DNA of 64,000 bases. Origin: Candidatus Latescibacterota bacterium. Its GTDB lineage: Bacteria; Latescibacterota; UBA2968; GCA-2709665. The notes below the pieces were generated by a model that had not been told where the DNA came from, ran no database searches, and was given only the letters and a program-made list of their open reading frames with translations. A program made the position numbers and the translations under genes. Location of the stretch: the NCBI GenBank assembly GCA_965219995.1, contig CBDCOX010000002.1, forward strand, positions 4,416,001-4,480,000, given 5' to 3'. Of the stretch, positions 1-9,187 are shown piece after piece; the first letter of the stretch is position 1; the number at the start of each line of letters is the position of its first letter.

Positions 1-185
1 ATCCGCATCCGCACCCGGCGAATGCCGATGGCTGGGAGTGGCTGACCCGAAGGGTACTGAAGCTGACATTCATCGAAGAGACCATCGTGACAGATCGTGA
101 GCGCCTGACAGCCGAAGAAATCGCAGACCTCAGGCGCAAGCAGAAGGAACGTGGCGAGGAGACGTTCGCGGAGCGGTCAGGTTGA
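1..185 (+). CDS. 3' end of an unidentified CDS entering from the left edge
   Basis: Open frame from position 3 (PHPHPANADGWEWLTRRVLKLTF...ETFAERSG) to TGA at 183-185; start outside window. Confidence 0.4.
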   Translation, partial: PHPHPANADGWEWLTRRVLKLTFIEETIVTDRERLTAEEIADLRRKQKERGEETFAERSG

Positions 186-277
186 AATAAAACGAAACAC
201 GAATTCGGTGCAATTCCCTGACAGCCACGGAGTTCGTGAAGTTGGAAACTTCAAGCCAATTTGGGGTGTCATCTCCT

Positions 278-763
278 ATGCCGTCTGTTTACATTGAAAC
301 ATCTATAGTCAGTTATCTGACGGCGCGCCCGTCTCAGAGTCTGCTGGTAGCAGCCTGGCAAGACGTGACGGTCACGTGGTGGAGTTACCATCGACAGGAT
401 TTCGATCTTTGCACGTCGGCCCTCGTCATTGAGGAAGCCAGCCGCGGCGATCAGGAAGCGGCAGGACGCAGAATAGCACATCTCGAGGGCATTCCATTGC
501 TTCCTGTGTCGGATCAGGTTATCGAGTTTGCGCGCAGGCTCGTCCATCCGGGCCCGCTACCCGTTGAGGCAGCAGATGACGCGTTCCACGTTGCTTTATC
601 GGCCGTGCACGCCGTCGATTATCTACTGACTTGGAACTTCAAGCACATCGACAATGCGCTGATCAAGCCGCAGTTTCGGGCAATATGCCTGAAACATGGG
701 TATCCCAGCCCCGAAATCTGTACCCCCCAGGAGATGGTAGGAGGTCTGCCCGATGAAAGATGA
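278..763 (+). CDS. PIN-domain (VapC-like) toxin
   Basis: N-terminal VYIETSIVSYL, later DAFHVA and YLLTWNFKHI motifs typical of PIN proteins; ATG at 278 chosen over upstream GTG. Confidence 0.85.
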   Translation: MPSVYIETSIVSYLTARPSQSLLVAAWQDVTVTWWSYHRQDFDLCTSALVIEEASRGDQEAAGRRIAHLEGIPLLPVSDQVIEFARRLVHPGPLPVEAADDAFHVALSAVHAVDYLLTWNFKHIDNALIKPQFRAICLKHGYPSPEICTPQEMVGGLPDER

Positions 764-935
764 AGTCATCGTCGCCTTGTGGAAGATCAAAGAGGAAATC
801 GCACGGGAGCACGAATATGACGTGGACCGCCTGGGCGCAATGGTCCGTGAAAAAGAGCGTGAGTACGCGTACAGAGTCGTAGACCGGGCACGTTCGAAGA
901 AATCGGATACGTGCCAGGATTCCGGCATTGCGTAA
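753..935 (+). CDS. Small protein, probable antitoxin partner of the PIN toxin
   Basis: 60 aa, overlaps PIN gene end, GGAGG RBS upstream; MKDEVIVALWKIKEEIAREHEYDV resembles small genes commonly found after this PIN type. Confidence 0.65.
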   Translation: MKDEVIVALWKIKEEIAREHEYDVDRLGAMVREKEREYAYRVVDRARSKKSDTCQDSGIA

Positions 936-995
936 TACAGACGTCTCTCATCACACGATTACCATAACAACGAGGAATTGCCGCCCCGGCCACGA

Positions 996-1085
996 TTCGG
1001 CGCCCTTGTTGACCCTTCGCCGACCCTTCGACAAGCTCAGGGAGCGGCTCAGGATTCCAGGTCAATGGTGTGTATTATTGTAAAC
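996..1085. repeat. REP/MITE-like intergenic element, copy 1
   Basis: ttcggcgcc...gacccttcgccgacccttcgacaagctcagggagcggctcagg...ccaggtcaatgg is nearly identical to 49639-49727. Confidence 0.8.
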
Positions 1086-1134
1086 TGTTGAGTGCTCCGC
1101 TTTATGACAATCCAAACCCGGAGGTAAGCGACAT

Positions 1135-1542
1135 ATGATCCCATGGAAGATCAACCTGGACGATGTGCCTGAAGAACATCAGGAATGGACGTGGAAGACC
1201 GGAAAGTACGAACGCTATCGCCGGCATGTCTCCGTCGCCCTTGGAAACACCCCGGAAACGCCGCATCCGTTCGACGTGGAGCTGACTCGTCTCCCCCCGG
1301 GCGCGCGTCCGTGCCCCGTGCATTCGCACGACCGGATGTGGGAGTTCTTCATCGTCGTATCGGGCCGCGCCGTGGTGGACCGCGAAGGGGAATCCGCCGA
1401 AGCCGTTGCCGGAGACTGCTTCATGCAGCCGGCCTGCACGCGGCACCGGATCCGGAACGCCAGCGACAAGGAAGACCTGGTTTTCTACGTGATCGCGAAC
1501 GACCCCGGCGTTCCCATCGTGAGCCGCAAATACGAGGTCTGA
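1135..1542 (+). CDS. Cupin-domain protein
   Basis: PPGARPCPVHSH...EFFIVVSG and HRIRN cupin motifs; GGAGG RBS. Confidence 0.85.
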   Translation: MIPWKINLDDVPEEHQEWTWKTGKYERYRRHVSVALGNTPETPHPFDVELTRLPPGARPCPVHSHDRMWEFFIVVSGRAVVDREGESAEAVAGDCFMQPACTRHRIRNASDKEDLVFYVIANDPGVPIVSRKYEV

Positions 1543-1681
1543 TCGGGCCGACGTAGCGCACGGTCCTCCCGCCGCTGCCATCCGTCGCGAACGCCGCGCC
1601 CCCCGCACTGCGACGGGCCGGTCGATCGGTCCCCGTTTACTTCCTTGTCGCAGAATCCCCTCCTCCGCTCGTCTCGGGTAT

Positions 1682-2599
1682 GTGTTTGCATTCTTCGCCT
1701 GGGGATCAGAATTGGGGTTTTCCATCTCCGCCGGTGAGGTCTTCGGACTGACGTGCTCGTTCGTCTGGGCGCTGAACAGCCTGATGGTGCGCACGCAGTC
1801 TCAGGCCATCCCGCCGGCGATGATGAACGGCATCCGGTGCGCCGTCGCGTCCGTCTTCTTCTGGGCGCTGCTCCCATTCGGCCCCCCGCTGTCCAGCTAC
1901 ACCCACGTCACCGGCACGGAATGGGCGCTCCTGGTGGGCGGGCTGCTGATCGGCATGGCCATGGGCGAAACGATGTACCTGGCGGCGATCAGGGAGATCG
2001 GCGTTTCGCGCGCAATGGCGCTGTCGGGGACCTTCCCGCTGTCCACGTTCTTCTTCGAGTGGGCCCTGCTGCAGAATCCGTTCAGCCGGCGTTTCTTTCT
2101 CGGGATCTGCCTCGTGGCGCTGGGTGTGCTCTTTCTGTCGAGCCGGGCACGGCAGCCGGCCGGCGAGCGGCCCGACCGGCTGGCGCTGGGCGTGTTCCTC
2201 GCGCTGTTCGCCTGTCTGTTATGGGGGCTGAGCACGGTCATGCTCAAACCTGCGATTGCCCACATGACGTCGGTGCAGGCCAACAGCGTCCGCGTGCCGC
2301 TCACCGCCGCGGTGCTCTTCCTGGCCCGGGCATGGGCGGGCCCGGTGATGCGCATCCGGGATATCGATCGGCGTGCGCTGTTGATCGTGGCCGCCAGCGG
2401 CATCGTCGGCGTAGGCGCCGGATCCCTGTTCTACGTGATGGCGATCGACCGGATCGGACCCGCGAAGATGGCTACGCTGGCTTCCGTCTCTCCCGTCACA
2501 GGAATGTTGATGGCGGTTATCTTTCTCAAGGAAAAGCTGACGCTGCGGCTGGTGGGTGGCGTGGTGCTGTGTGTGGCGGGGGTGTGGATGGTCCTTTAA
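1682..2599 (+). CDS. DMT/EamA family transporter
   Basis: About 10 hydrophobic segments in two repeats; C-terminal IFLKEKLT motif; start uncertain. Confidence 0.85.
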   Translation: MFAFFAWGSELGFSISAGEVFGLTCSFVWALNSLMVRTQSQAIPPAMMNGIRCAVASVFFWALLPFGPPLSSYTHVTGTEWALLVGGLLIGMAMGETMYLAAIREIGVSRAMALSGTFPLSTFFFEWALLQNPFSRRFFLGICLVALGVLFLSSRARQPAGERPDRLALGVFLALFACLLWGLSTVMLKPAIAHMTSVQANSVRVPLTAAVLFLARAWAGPVMRIRDIDRRALLIVAASGIVGVGAGSLFYVMAIDRIGPAKMATLASVSPVTGMLMAVIFLKEKLTLRLVGGVVLCVAGVWMVL

Positions 2600-2714
2600 G
2601 GCACGGGGAATGGCATGACCACGCACACTTGTGTGTGTGGATTGTTCCGCCGGGGATTCGTTTGCCATGACGGCATGTCTTTCTGTTTCGACTGGAACGG
2701 TGAGGAGTGGATCC

Positions 2715-3434
2715 ATGTTTCGCGAAGTGATGGACGGTCTGTTTACCCGGGAATTGCTGGACGCACACCCGGATGAATGGGGTATCGCCGATTATTGCGG
2801 CCATCCGACGGCGGTGGGGTACTCGACCACGATCACGCCGGATGTGATTCGGACGGCGATTGATCGCGGCGTAGACCTGATTGTCACCCATCACGATGCC
2901 TGGGATTTCATGTTCGAGCAGCGCGAGGAGGTAAACGCTCTGCTGCGCCAGGGCGGGTTAACCCACGTCTGGGCGCACCTCCCGCTCGACCTGGCGGAAT
3001 TCGGGACCTCCGCGATGTTGTTGTCGGAGTTGGGTTGCGCGCCTGTGGCGGTTCTGCAGCACGCCGAAGGACGGGTGGGCGAACTTCCCGAACCCGAACC
3101 TCTGAACGCGGTGCGCGAGAGACTCTACGGATTGTTATCGGAGGAACCCTGCAGGGTACAGGATGCGAATCGGTCCGTGAGGAGGGTAGCCACCGTAACG
3201 GGTGCCGGGTTTTATACGGACATTCTGAGAGACGCGCTGCAATACGATATCGACCTGTACGTCACGGGGGAGACGAATCTCTATCTGCTGGAGTACGGGA
3301 AATACCGGAAGGTGAACGTGCTCGTGTACTCGCATAACTATACGGAGTTACCCGGCGCACGGGCCTTCGCCGAAAGAATCGCCGGCGCGCTCGGGCTCGA
3401 GCTGAAGGGGCACCTTGGGGATTCTCACTGGTAA
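2715..3434 (+). CDS. Nif3-like dinuclear metal-centre protein
   Basis: DLIVTHH, HLPLD, YVTGE and SHNYTE motifs; GAGGAG RBS before ATG 2715. Confidence 0.85.
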   Translation: MFREVMDGLFTRELLDAHPDEWGIADYCGHPTAVGYSTTITPDVIRTAIDRGVDLIVTHHDAWDFMFEQREEVNALLRQGGLTHVWAHLPLDLAEFGTSAMLLSELGCAPVAVLQHAEGRVGELPEPEPLNAVRERLYGLLSEEPCRVQDANRSVRRVATVTGAGFYTDILRDALQYDIDLYVTGETNLYLLEYGKYRKVNVLVYSHNYTELPGARAFAERIAGALGLELKGHLGDSHW

Positions 3435-3467
3435 AGTGCGTGTTTCGAGCGGAGAACGGAAATCCAT

Positions 3468-3695
3468 TTGAATAATCGGCCTGGGCCCTTGTATCTTGTT
3501 TCGACGGAACGTATATTTTCAGGGCAATTCGAACGCGTCGCAATCGAGATGACCAAGGTAGGAGATTTTGCGATGGCGGTCTTGCGTTCGACCATCGAGA
3601 CGCTTGACGACCTGATTGAGGTGGTACCGGAACTTGAACGATTGCTTCCGAAAATCCGACCTGGTCAGGCGGTGCGGGTCTTCCCCGCCAGGTAG
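3468..3695 (+). pseudogene. Possible C-terminal remnant of a DUF5615 PIN-like toxin
   Basis: AVLRSTIETLDDLIEVVPELERLLPKIRPGQAVRV resembles the C-terminus of DUF5615 proteins; N-terminal half not seen. Confidence 0.35.
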
Positions 3696-3849
3696 CATCG
3701 CCGCTGCGACGAACCTTGGATTACGAAGTTACAGGGATGATCATTGCATTCCGCGTTCGGTCTCTCCGGCCTGGATGCACAGTGGATACCATGCAAGTCT
3801 ACGTTTTCGTTCGAGAATTCGATAATATGCAAAAACAAGGGGTAATCCG

Positions 3850-4044
3850 ATGAAGCTCTCGTTTGATCTAACGGAATCTCAAAACCAGAAGTTGGATGCA
3901 GCCGCAAACCGACTGGGTATCCCCCGGGAGGAACTTGCGAAGGCAGCGCTGGACGAGCTGCTCGCCAGGCCGGAAGCGGAGTTCGATGCTTCAGTAGAGT
4001 ATGTATTGAGTAAGAATGAGGAACTATATAGAAGGCTGAGTTAA
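3850..4044 (+). CDS. Antitoxin / small DNA-binding protein of a Doc TA pair
   Basis: 64 aa ending [14 protein letters not shown]; stop overlaps doc start (TAATG). Confidence 0.8.
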   Translation: MKLSFDLTESQNQKLDAAANRLGIPREELAKAALDELLARPEAEFDASVEYVLSKNEELYRRLS

Positions 4045-4430
4045 TGAGATTTCTTACTCTGGCCGAACTGATCGACCTTCACAGTCGTATTATTGACCAG
4101 ACAGGCGGAGCACCGGGGTTGCGTGACATGGGCAGATTGGAATCTGCCATCGCGCAGCCCCGAATGTCTTTCGGCGGGAGTGATCTCTATCCAACGCTGA
4201 TCGAGAAAGCCGCCGTCCTCTGTTTCGCATTGATTCGAAATCATCCCTTTATCGACGGGAATAAGAGATCGGGACACGCAGCAATGGAAGTGTTTCTTGT
4301 TCTGAACGGGCATGAAATCAAGGCGAAAGTGGATGAGCAAGAGACGATTGTCTTGGGCGTTGCTTCGGGACAAGTGTCGAGGCAGGAGCTGACCGAATGG
4401 CTGACCGATCACGTCCAGAAGATCGGATAA
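4044..4430 (+). CDS. doc: Death-on-curing (Doc/Fic) family toxin
   Basis: [11 protein letters not shown] Fic/Doc motif; [15 protein letters not shown]. Confidence 0.9.
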   Translation: MRFLTLAELIDLHSRIIDQTGGAPGLRDMGRLESAIAQPRMSFGGSDLYPTLIEKAAVLCFALIRNHPFIDGNKRSGHAAMEVFLVLNGHEIKAKVDEQETIVLGVASGQVSRQELTEWLTDHVQKIG

Positions 4431-4469
4431 ACGGAGATTGTCCGACGTCCAGGTATCCCATTTGCGATC

Positions 4470-4958
4470 ATGAAAATGAGCCTTGCCGTCAAAACCCGGC
4501 GCGCCGTCGAGGCGGACGTCCCGGCGCTTATTGACCTGGCGCAGCGGTCCTGGCTCTCCGGAAACTGCGAGCTCGCCCCGATCGATGCGGTACGGGACTG
4601 GATGGAAGCGGACCTCGAGACGAAGCGATATCCGGAGATATGGCCGAACGTCACGGTTGCGGAGCACCGGTCACGAATCCTGGGCCTCGCGTATGCCGAC
4701 GGCCGGGAGGTCGCAGAACTGTGGGTTCACCCTTCATTTCAGCGGCGGGGCATCGGGAGCAGGTTGTTGCAGGCCTGCGAGCAGGAAATACTCCGCGCGG
4801 GTTACGACACCTCGAGACTGCAGTACTCAGTGTATAACGTGGCTGCTCCACACTTCTACCGTGCTCGCGGTTACGTGGAGGTGAGCAGGTCGCGGGGCAG
4901 ACTTCCATCCGGAGTGGAACGGGACATCATTGTCATGGAAAAAAGGCTGAACACCTGA
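4470..4958 (+). CDS. GNAT N-acetyltransferase
   Basis: LWVHPSFQRRGIGSRLL motif A; FYRARGY. Confidence 0.85.
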   Translation: MKMSLAVKTRRAVEADVPALIDLAQRSWLSGNCELAPIDAVRDWMEADLETKRYPEIWPNVTVAEHRSRILGLAYADGREVAELWVHPSFQRRGIGSRLLQACEQEILRAGYDTSRLQYSVYNVAAPHFYRARGYVEVSRSRGRLPSGVERDIIVMEKRLNT

Positions 4959-5048
4959 AAAACTCACGCGCCGTCCGCGGCCGATTCACCGGCGCTGCCT
5001 CCCGGATAACGCAGCGCGATTCAGCGTCCTGGATAAAGGACCCGACCT

Positions 5049-5432
5049 ATGAAAGTCAAGGCGATCGACTTCGTGATTTCCCACGTGACGGATACGAGGG
5101 CGGCGGTGCGTTTCTATCGTGACGTGTTGGGAGTCGTGCAGGGTTTTATCAACGACGGCGGGATTACCGGGGACGGTTTGACGGACACGTGGACGGAATT
5201 CGACACCCGACCGGTGACCCTGGCGCTTGTCCGGTGGGAAGAGCAGGCGGGTCGTCCGGGGATCGCGCTCGCGGTGGAGGACGTGGACGAGGCAGTGGAG
5301 GAACTGCGCGGCAAGGGCGTCGAAATCGTGATGGAACCGGCAGACAGCGGGAGCTGCCGGATGGCCTGGATCAAGGATCCGTGGGGCAACCTGCTCTGCA
5401 TCCATCGCAGAAACGATGGCACGTGCGGATAG
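5049..5432 (+). CDS. VOC/glyoxalase family protein
   Basis: AVRFYRDVLG, VEDVDEAVEELRGKGV and DPWGNLL motifs. Confidence 0.85.
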   Translation: MKVKAIDFVISHVTDTRAAVRFYRDVLGVVQGFINDGGITGDGLTDTWTEFDTRPVTLALVRWEEQAGRPGIALAVEDVDEAVEELRGKGVEIVMEPADSGSCRMAWIKDPWGNLLCIHRRNDGTCG

Positions 5433-5525
5433 GCCAGACTCCGGCTCCCGTCGACCGAAGCCCCGTGTCGCAGTGGCAGACGCATCTCTTCAGGTACTTG
5501 CCGGACCGTCTTTAACCTCGTAGCG

Positions 5526-6035
5526 ATGAGAAATCCGCCGATGAAACCGATCGTCGCGCAGATGATACCGGATGACTGGAAGTCGGTACGCAGGATTTAC
5601 GAGGAAGGCATCGCCACGGGACACGCGTCGTTCGACACGGAAGTCCCGCATTGGGACGCCTGGGACACGAAACATCTGGCGGCATGCCGTCTTGTCGCCC
5701 GGGTAGACGGTGAGATTGCAGGTTGGGCAGCCCTGAGTCCGGTTTCGAGCCGGTGCGTCCATTCGGGAGTCGCGGAAGTCAGCTTGTACGTCGGATCCGG
5801 ATTCAGAGGAAGAGGGGTCGGCAAGTCCCTTATGGCGGAACTCGTCCACGCATCGGAGCGCGCCGGAATCTGGACCCTTCAGGGCGGAGCGTTCCCGGAG
5901 AACGCTGCAAGCATCGCGCTTCAAAAGGCATGTGGCTTCCGGGTGGTCGGCAGGCAGGAACGCCTGGGAAAATTGAACGGAGTCTGGAAGGACGTGCTCC
6001 TGATGGAACGACGGAGTAGAGTTGTGGGAAAATAG
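5526..6035 (+). CDS. Phosphinothricin-acetyltransferase-like GNAT (YncA/MddA type)
   Basis: IYEEGIATGHASF, RGRGVGKSL, FPENAASIALQKACGFRVVG, WKDVLLMERRS. Confidence 0.85.
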   Translation: MRNPPMKPIVAQMIPDDWKSVRRIYEEGIATGHASFDTEVPHWDAWDTKHLAACRLVARVDGEIAGWAALSPVSSRCVHSGVAEVSLYVGSGFRGRGVGKSLMAELVHASERAGIWTLQGGAFPENAASIALQKACGFRVVGRQERLGKLNGVWKDVLLMERRSRVVGK

Positions 6036-6161
6036 CTGGCTGCATTCAGGTCGAATAATTCACAGATCAACGATCTCCGCCCCCAGATTGGTCTGTCGAG
6101 ACGTAAAAGCAGCGGGTCGGAAGTTGGAGAAGACATTCCGGTCTGCCCTTGGCACACGGTG

Positions 6162-8270
6162 TCAACTGGATGATGTTTCATTTCCGAAGGCGCCGGCAAA
6201 GATCAGAAAATCGGCAAACCCGATCAGGCCGTCACCATCCAGATCGTATTGCGCATCAAAGCGTTCGTCGGATTGATTCAGTCCGAACTGTGCCGCAAAC
6301 TGCAGGAAGTCCGGGAAGCCAACCGTACCGTCGCCGTCAAAGTCGGAATCTGGGAACTGAGGAGTGACGTACGGCGACATATCCCATAGCAGAATCGTTC
6401 CGTCTCCACTTCCACTGGCCAGGACCAGCCCATCCGGTGAGAAGGAAACATCCGTAACAGCCTCGACATGTCCTGTAAGGACGCCAATCTCCTTGCGTGA
6501 GTTCACATCCCACAATCGTACCGTTGCGTCCTGAGTCCCACTTCCCAGTGTGGAACCGTCTGGTGAGAATGCCACCGAAAAAACACTGCTTTCGTGCCCG
6601 GTCAGGGTTGCTTTCTCCCGTCCGCTCGCCTCGTCCCACAAGCGAATCGTACCATCTGAAACTCCACTGGCCAGGGTGGATCCATCAGGCGAGAAAGACA
6701 CCGCGTAAAACAGATCCGTTTTGCCGCCCGAAAGGTTGCCTATTTGCTGGCGGCTTGCCACATCCCAGAATCGAATCTCCCTCCTGCCCGCACTGGCCAG
6801 GATGGACCCATCTGTCGAAAGGGTCAGCGAGAAGATCGACCCCGTATGACCTGTAAGTGTGGCTCTCTCCTGCGTACTTGCCACATCCCACAAACGGATC
6901 GTACCATCAGAACCTCCACTGGCAAGCGTGGGTCCATCGGGCGAGAAGGACAGGGAAAAGACCTCCCCGGTATGCCCGGTCAATTCAGCCACCTCTCGAC
7001 GGCCAACCACATCCCACAACCGAATCGTCCCCGTTCCATTTACCGGATTCCCACTACCTGCGGCCAGCGTTGTCCCATCTGGAGCAAAGGACACATCAAA
7101 GACGCTCCACCCCCTACGCCCTGTCAGCGTGGTCTTTTCCTGGCCACTGGCCACGTCCCACAACCGTACTGTCTCGCCGCGAATTCCGCTGGCCAAAGTG
7201 GACCCATCCGGCGAGAACGATATCGAATGTACCCAAGACGTATGTCCTGAAAGCGTTGCTTTTTCGTCGCGGCTGACCACGTCCCACAACCGGATCGTTC
7301 CGTCAGCACTTCCGGTTGCCAGGGCGAACCCATCGGGCGAATACGATACCGAATAGACCTGATCCTCATGTCCTGTCAGTGTGGCGCTTTCCTGGCCGTT
7401 GAGGATGTCCCACAATCGAATCGTTCCGTCCCTGCTCCCGCTAGCCAGGGTGGCCCCATCCGGCGAGAACGATATCGAATATACCCAGGACGCATGACCT
7501 GAAAGCGTTGCTTTTTCGTCGCGGCTGACCACGTCCCACAACCGGATCGTTCCGTCAGTACTTCCGGTTGCCAGGGTGGATCCATTCGGGGAGAACGACA
7601 CCGCAAGGATTTGCGCCTTATGTCCATTCAGTGTCGCCTTCTCCTGTCCGCTGGCTACATCCCACAGCCGAACCGATTTTTCTTCATCAAACAGATTCCC
7701 GCTTCCGCTGGCCAGTGTAGCCCCGTCCGGAGAGAACGACACCGAATTGACCCATGATGCGTGTCCTGTAAGTGTGGCTTTCGTTTGACCGCCGGCCAGG
7801 TCCCACAGCCGAATCGTATTGTCCCAGCTTCCGCTGGCCAACGTGGACCCGTCAGGGGAGAATGACACTGCAGTGACTCTTCGGGTATGCCCTATCAGGG
7901 TGTCCATTGCGTCTCCGCTGGAGACGTCCCACAACCGAATGGTATTGTCCCGACTTCCGCTGGCCAGCGTGGACCCGTCCGGAGAGAACGACACTGCAAG
8001 TACATGCCGGGTGTGCCCGGCGATCAAGGCCATTTCGGCGCCGGTCCGGGCATCGTACAGACTGATACCGATGCTGGTTGCCACCGCCAGGCGCGCGCCG
8101 TCCGGAGAATACGCGACCGCTCTGTCATTAAATCCGATTTCACCTTTGCCGAGCCGGGTGAGGGCGCCCTCAGGCAAACTGAACGGATTCTCTTCCCTTG
8201 CGAGGCTGGCGTTGACAAAAAGGAAACAAACCTGCAACAAAGTGATTCCAACTACGGATTGGGCTGTCAA
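6162..8270 (-). CDS. Secreted WD40-repeat protein with C-terminal EF-hand/dockerin-like Ca-binding tail
   Basis: Signal peptide; about 14 repeats of LTGH...VSFSPDGSTLASGS.DGTIRLWD; tail DFDGDGTVGFPDFL...DLDGDGLIGFADFL. Confidence 0.9.
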   Translation of the reverse strand: MTAQSVVGITLLQVCFLFVNASLAREENPFSLPEGALTRLGKGEIGFNDRAVAYSPDGARLAVATSIGISLYDARTGAEMALIAGHTRHVLAVSFSPDGSTLASGSRDNTIRLWDVSSGDAMDTLIGHTRRVTAVSFSPDGSTLASGSWDNTIRLWDLAGGQTKATLTGHASWVNSVSFSPDGATLASGSGNLFDEEKSVRLWDVASGQEKATLNGHKAQILAVSFSPNGSTLATGSTDGTIRLWDVVSRDEKATLSGHASWVYSISFSPDGATLASGSRDGTIRLWDILNGQESATLTGHEDQVYSVSYSPDGFALATGSADGTIRLWDVVSRDEKATLSGHTSWVHSISFSPDGSTLASGIRGETVRLWDVASGQEKTTLTGRRGWSVFDVSFAPDGTTLAAGSGNPVNGTGTIRLWDVVGRREVAELTGHTGEVFSLSFSPDGPTLASGGSDGTIRLWDVASTQERATLTGHTGSIFSLTLSTDGSILASAGRREIRFWDVASRQQIGNLSGGKTDLFYAVSFSPDGSTLASGVSDGTIRLWDEASGREKATLTGHESSVFSVAFSPDGSTLGSGTQDATVRLWDVNSRKEIGVLTGHVEAVTDVSFSPDGLVLASGSGDGTILLWDMSPYVTPQFPDSDFDGDGTVGFPDFLQFAAQFGLNQSDERFDAQYDLDGDGLIGFADFLIFAGAFGNETSSS
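7203..7576. repeat. Near-identical ~122-bp direct repeats inside the WD40 gene (7203-7324 and 7455-7576)
   Basis: About five mismatches by eye; offset 252 bp equals two 42-aa WD repeats. Confidence 0.85.
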
Positions 8271-8322
8271 ATGAGATTCTCCTCAAGTCAGACTCGCCGG
8301 TAGCTACTCACAGGCGTCCTGA

Positions 8323-9084
8323 TCATCCTGCTTCGTCATTGGATTTGTGTACGGCGACGAACTTGTCGATCTGGCGGAAGATTCTGTGCAGGGTCGCAAC
8401 GTCGCGGCGGTCCATGGACAGGCGGCCGAAGAGGCGCCGGATGGACCGCGGGAAGGCCTTGGGCATGTAGTCGGCAGGAAAGCCGAGTTTGTCCAGGCCG
8501 GACGCGATGTGGGCGTAGAGGGACTCCATCTCTTCGAAGGACGGGTGATCCAGTTCCGGTTCTTCGTGCGGCTCCGCGGCCGCGCGGAAGAGTTCATAGC
8601 CGAAGATGAGCACGGCCTGGGAGAGATTCAGGGAGGGGTACCTGTGGGCCGTGGGGATATTGGCGATGATGCTGCACAGCCGCATTTCATCGTTGGTCAG
8701 GCCGTTTTCCTCCCGGCCGAAGACGAGGGCGGCTTCGTTGTCTCCCGGCAGGGAAACCAGCTTCTCCGCCGCGTGCCGGGGCCCGTACATGACGTCGAAG
8801 TGCTCCCGTTTCCTGTGGGTCGTGCCGACGGAGAGCACCGTGCCGGAGAGGGCTTCTTCGAGCGATTCACAGACGGTGGCGCCATAGAGTACGTCGCCCG
8901 AACCGTGCGCCATCTTTCGGGCGTCTCCGCACGTGTGGTCGGGCGGGTCCACGAGGTAGAGCCTCGAGAGTCCCATGTTCTTCATGGCGCGCGCCACCGA
9001 GCCGACGTTGCCGGGCTCCTTGGCGCCCGTCAGGACAACGCGAACGCGGTCGAGCGCTTCCGGTGCTGTCGATTGTTGCCGCAT
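8323..9084 (-). CDS. trmJ: tRNA 2'-O-methyltransferase, TrmJ/LasT SPOUT family
   Basis: GNVGSVARAMKNMG, LVFGREENGLTNDE and SLNLSQAV motifs. Confidence 0.85.
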   Translation of the reverse strand: MRQQSTAPEALDRVRVVLTGAKEPGNVGSVARAMKNMGLSRLYLVDPPDHTCGDARKMAHGSGDVLYGATVCESLEEALSGTVLSVGTTHRKREHFDVMYGPRHAAEKLVSLPGDNEAALVFGREENGLTNDEMRLCSIIANIPTAHRYPSLNLSQAVLIFGYELFRAAAEPHEEPELDHPSFEEMESLYAHIASGLDKLGFPADYMPKAFPRSIRRLFGRLSMDRRDVATLHRIFRQIDKFVAVHKSNDEAG

Positions 9085-9187
9085 CTGCTGCTCCTAGACT
9101 TATTTCGCAGCCGGCGCGCGTTCCCTGAAGGCGCGCTGTGAAAGCCGGTTCCCGCGCCTCCGTCGCGGCATCGGGCCCGCCGGTCGG

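Noticed and set aside
6400-8100. Regular 126-bp periodicity as a possible CRISPR array
   Set aside because: Coding WD40 repeats with no repeat-spacer structure; no cas genes in the window
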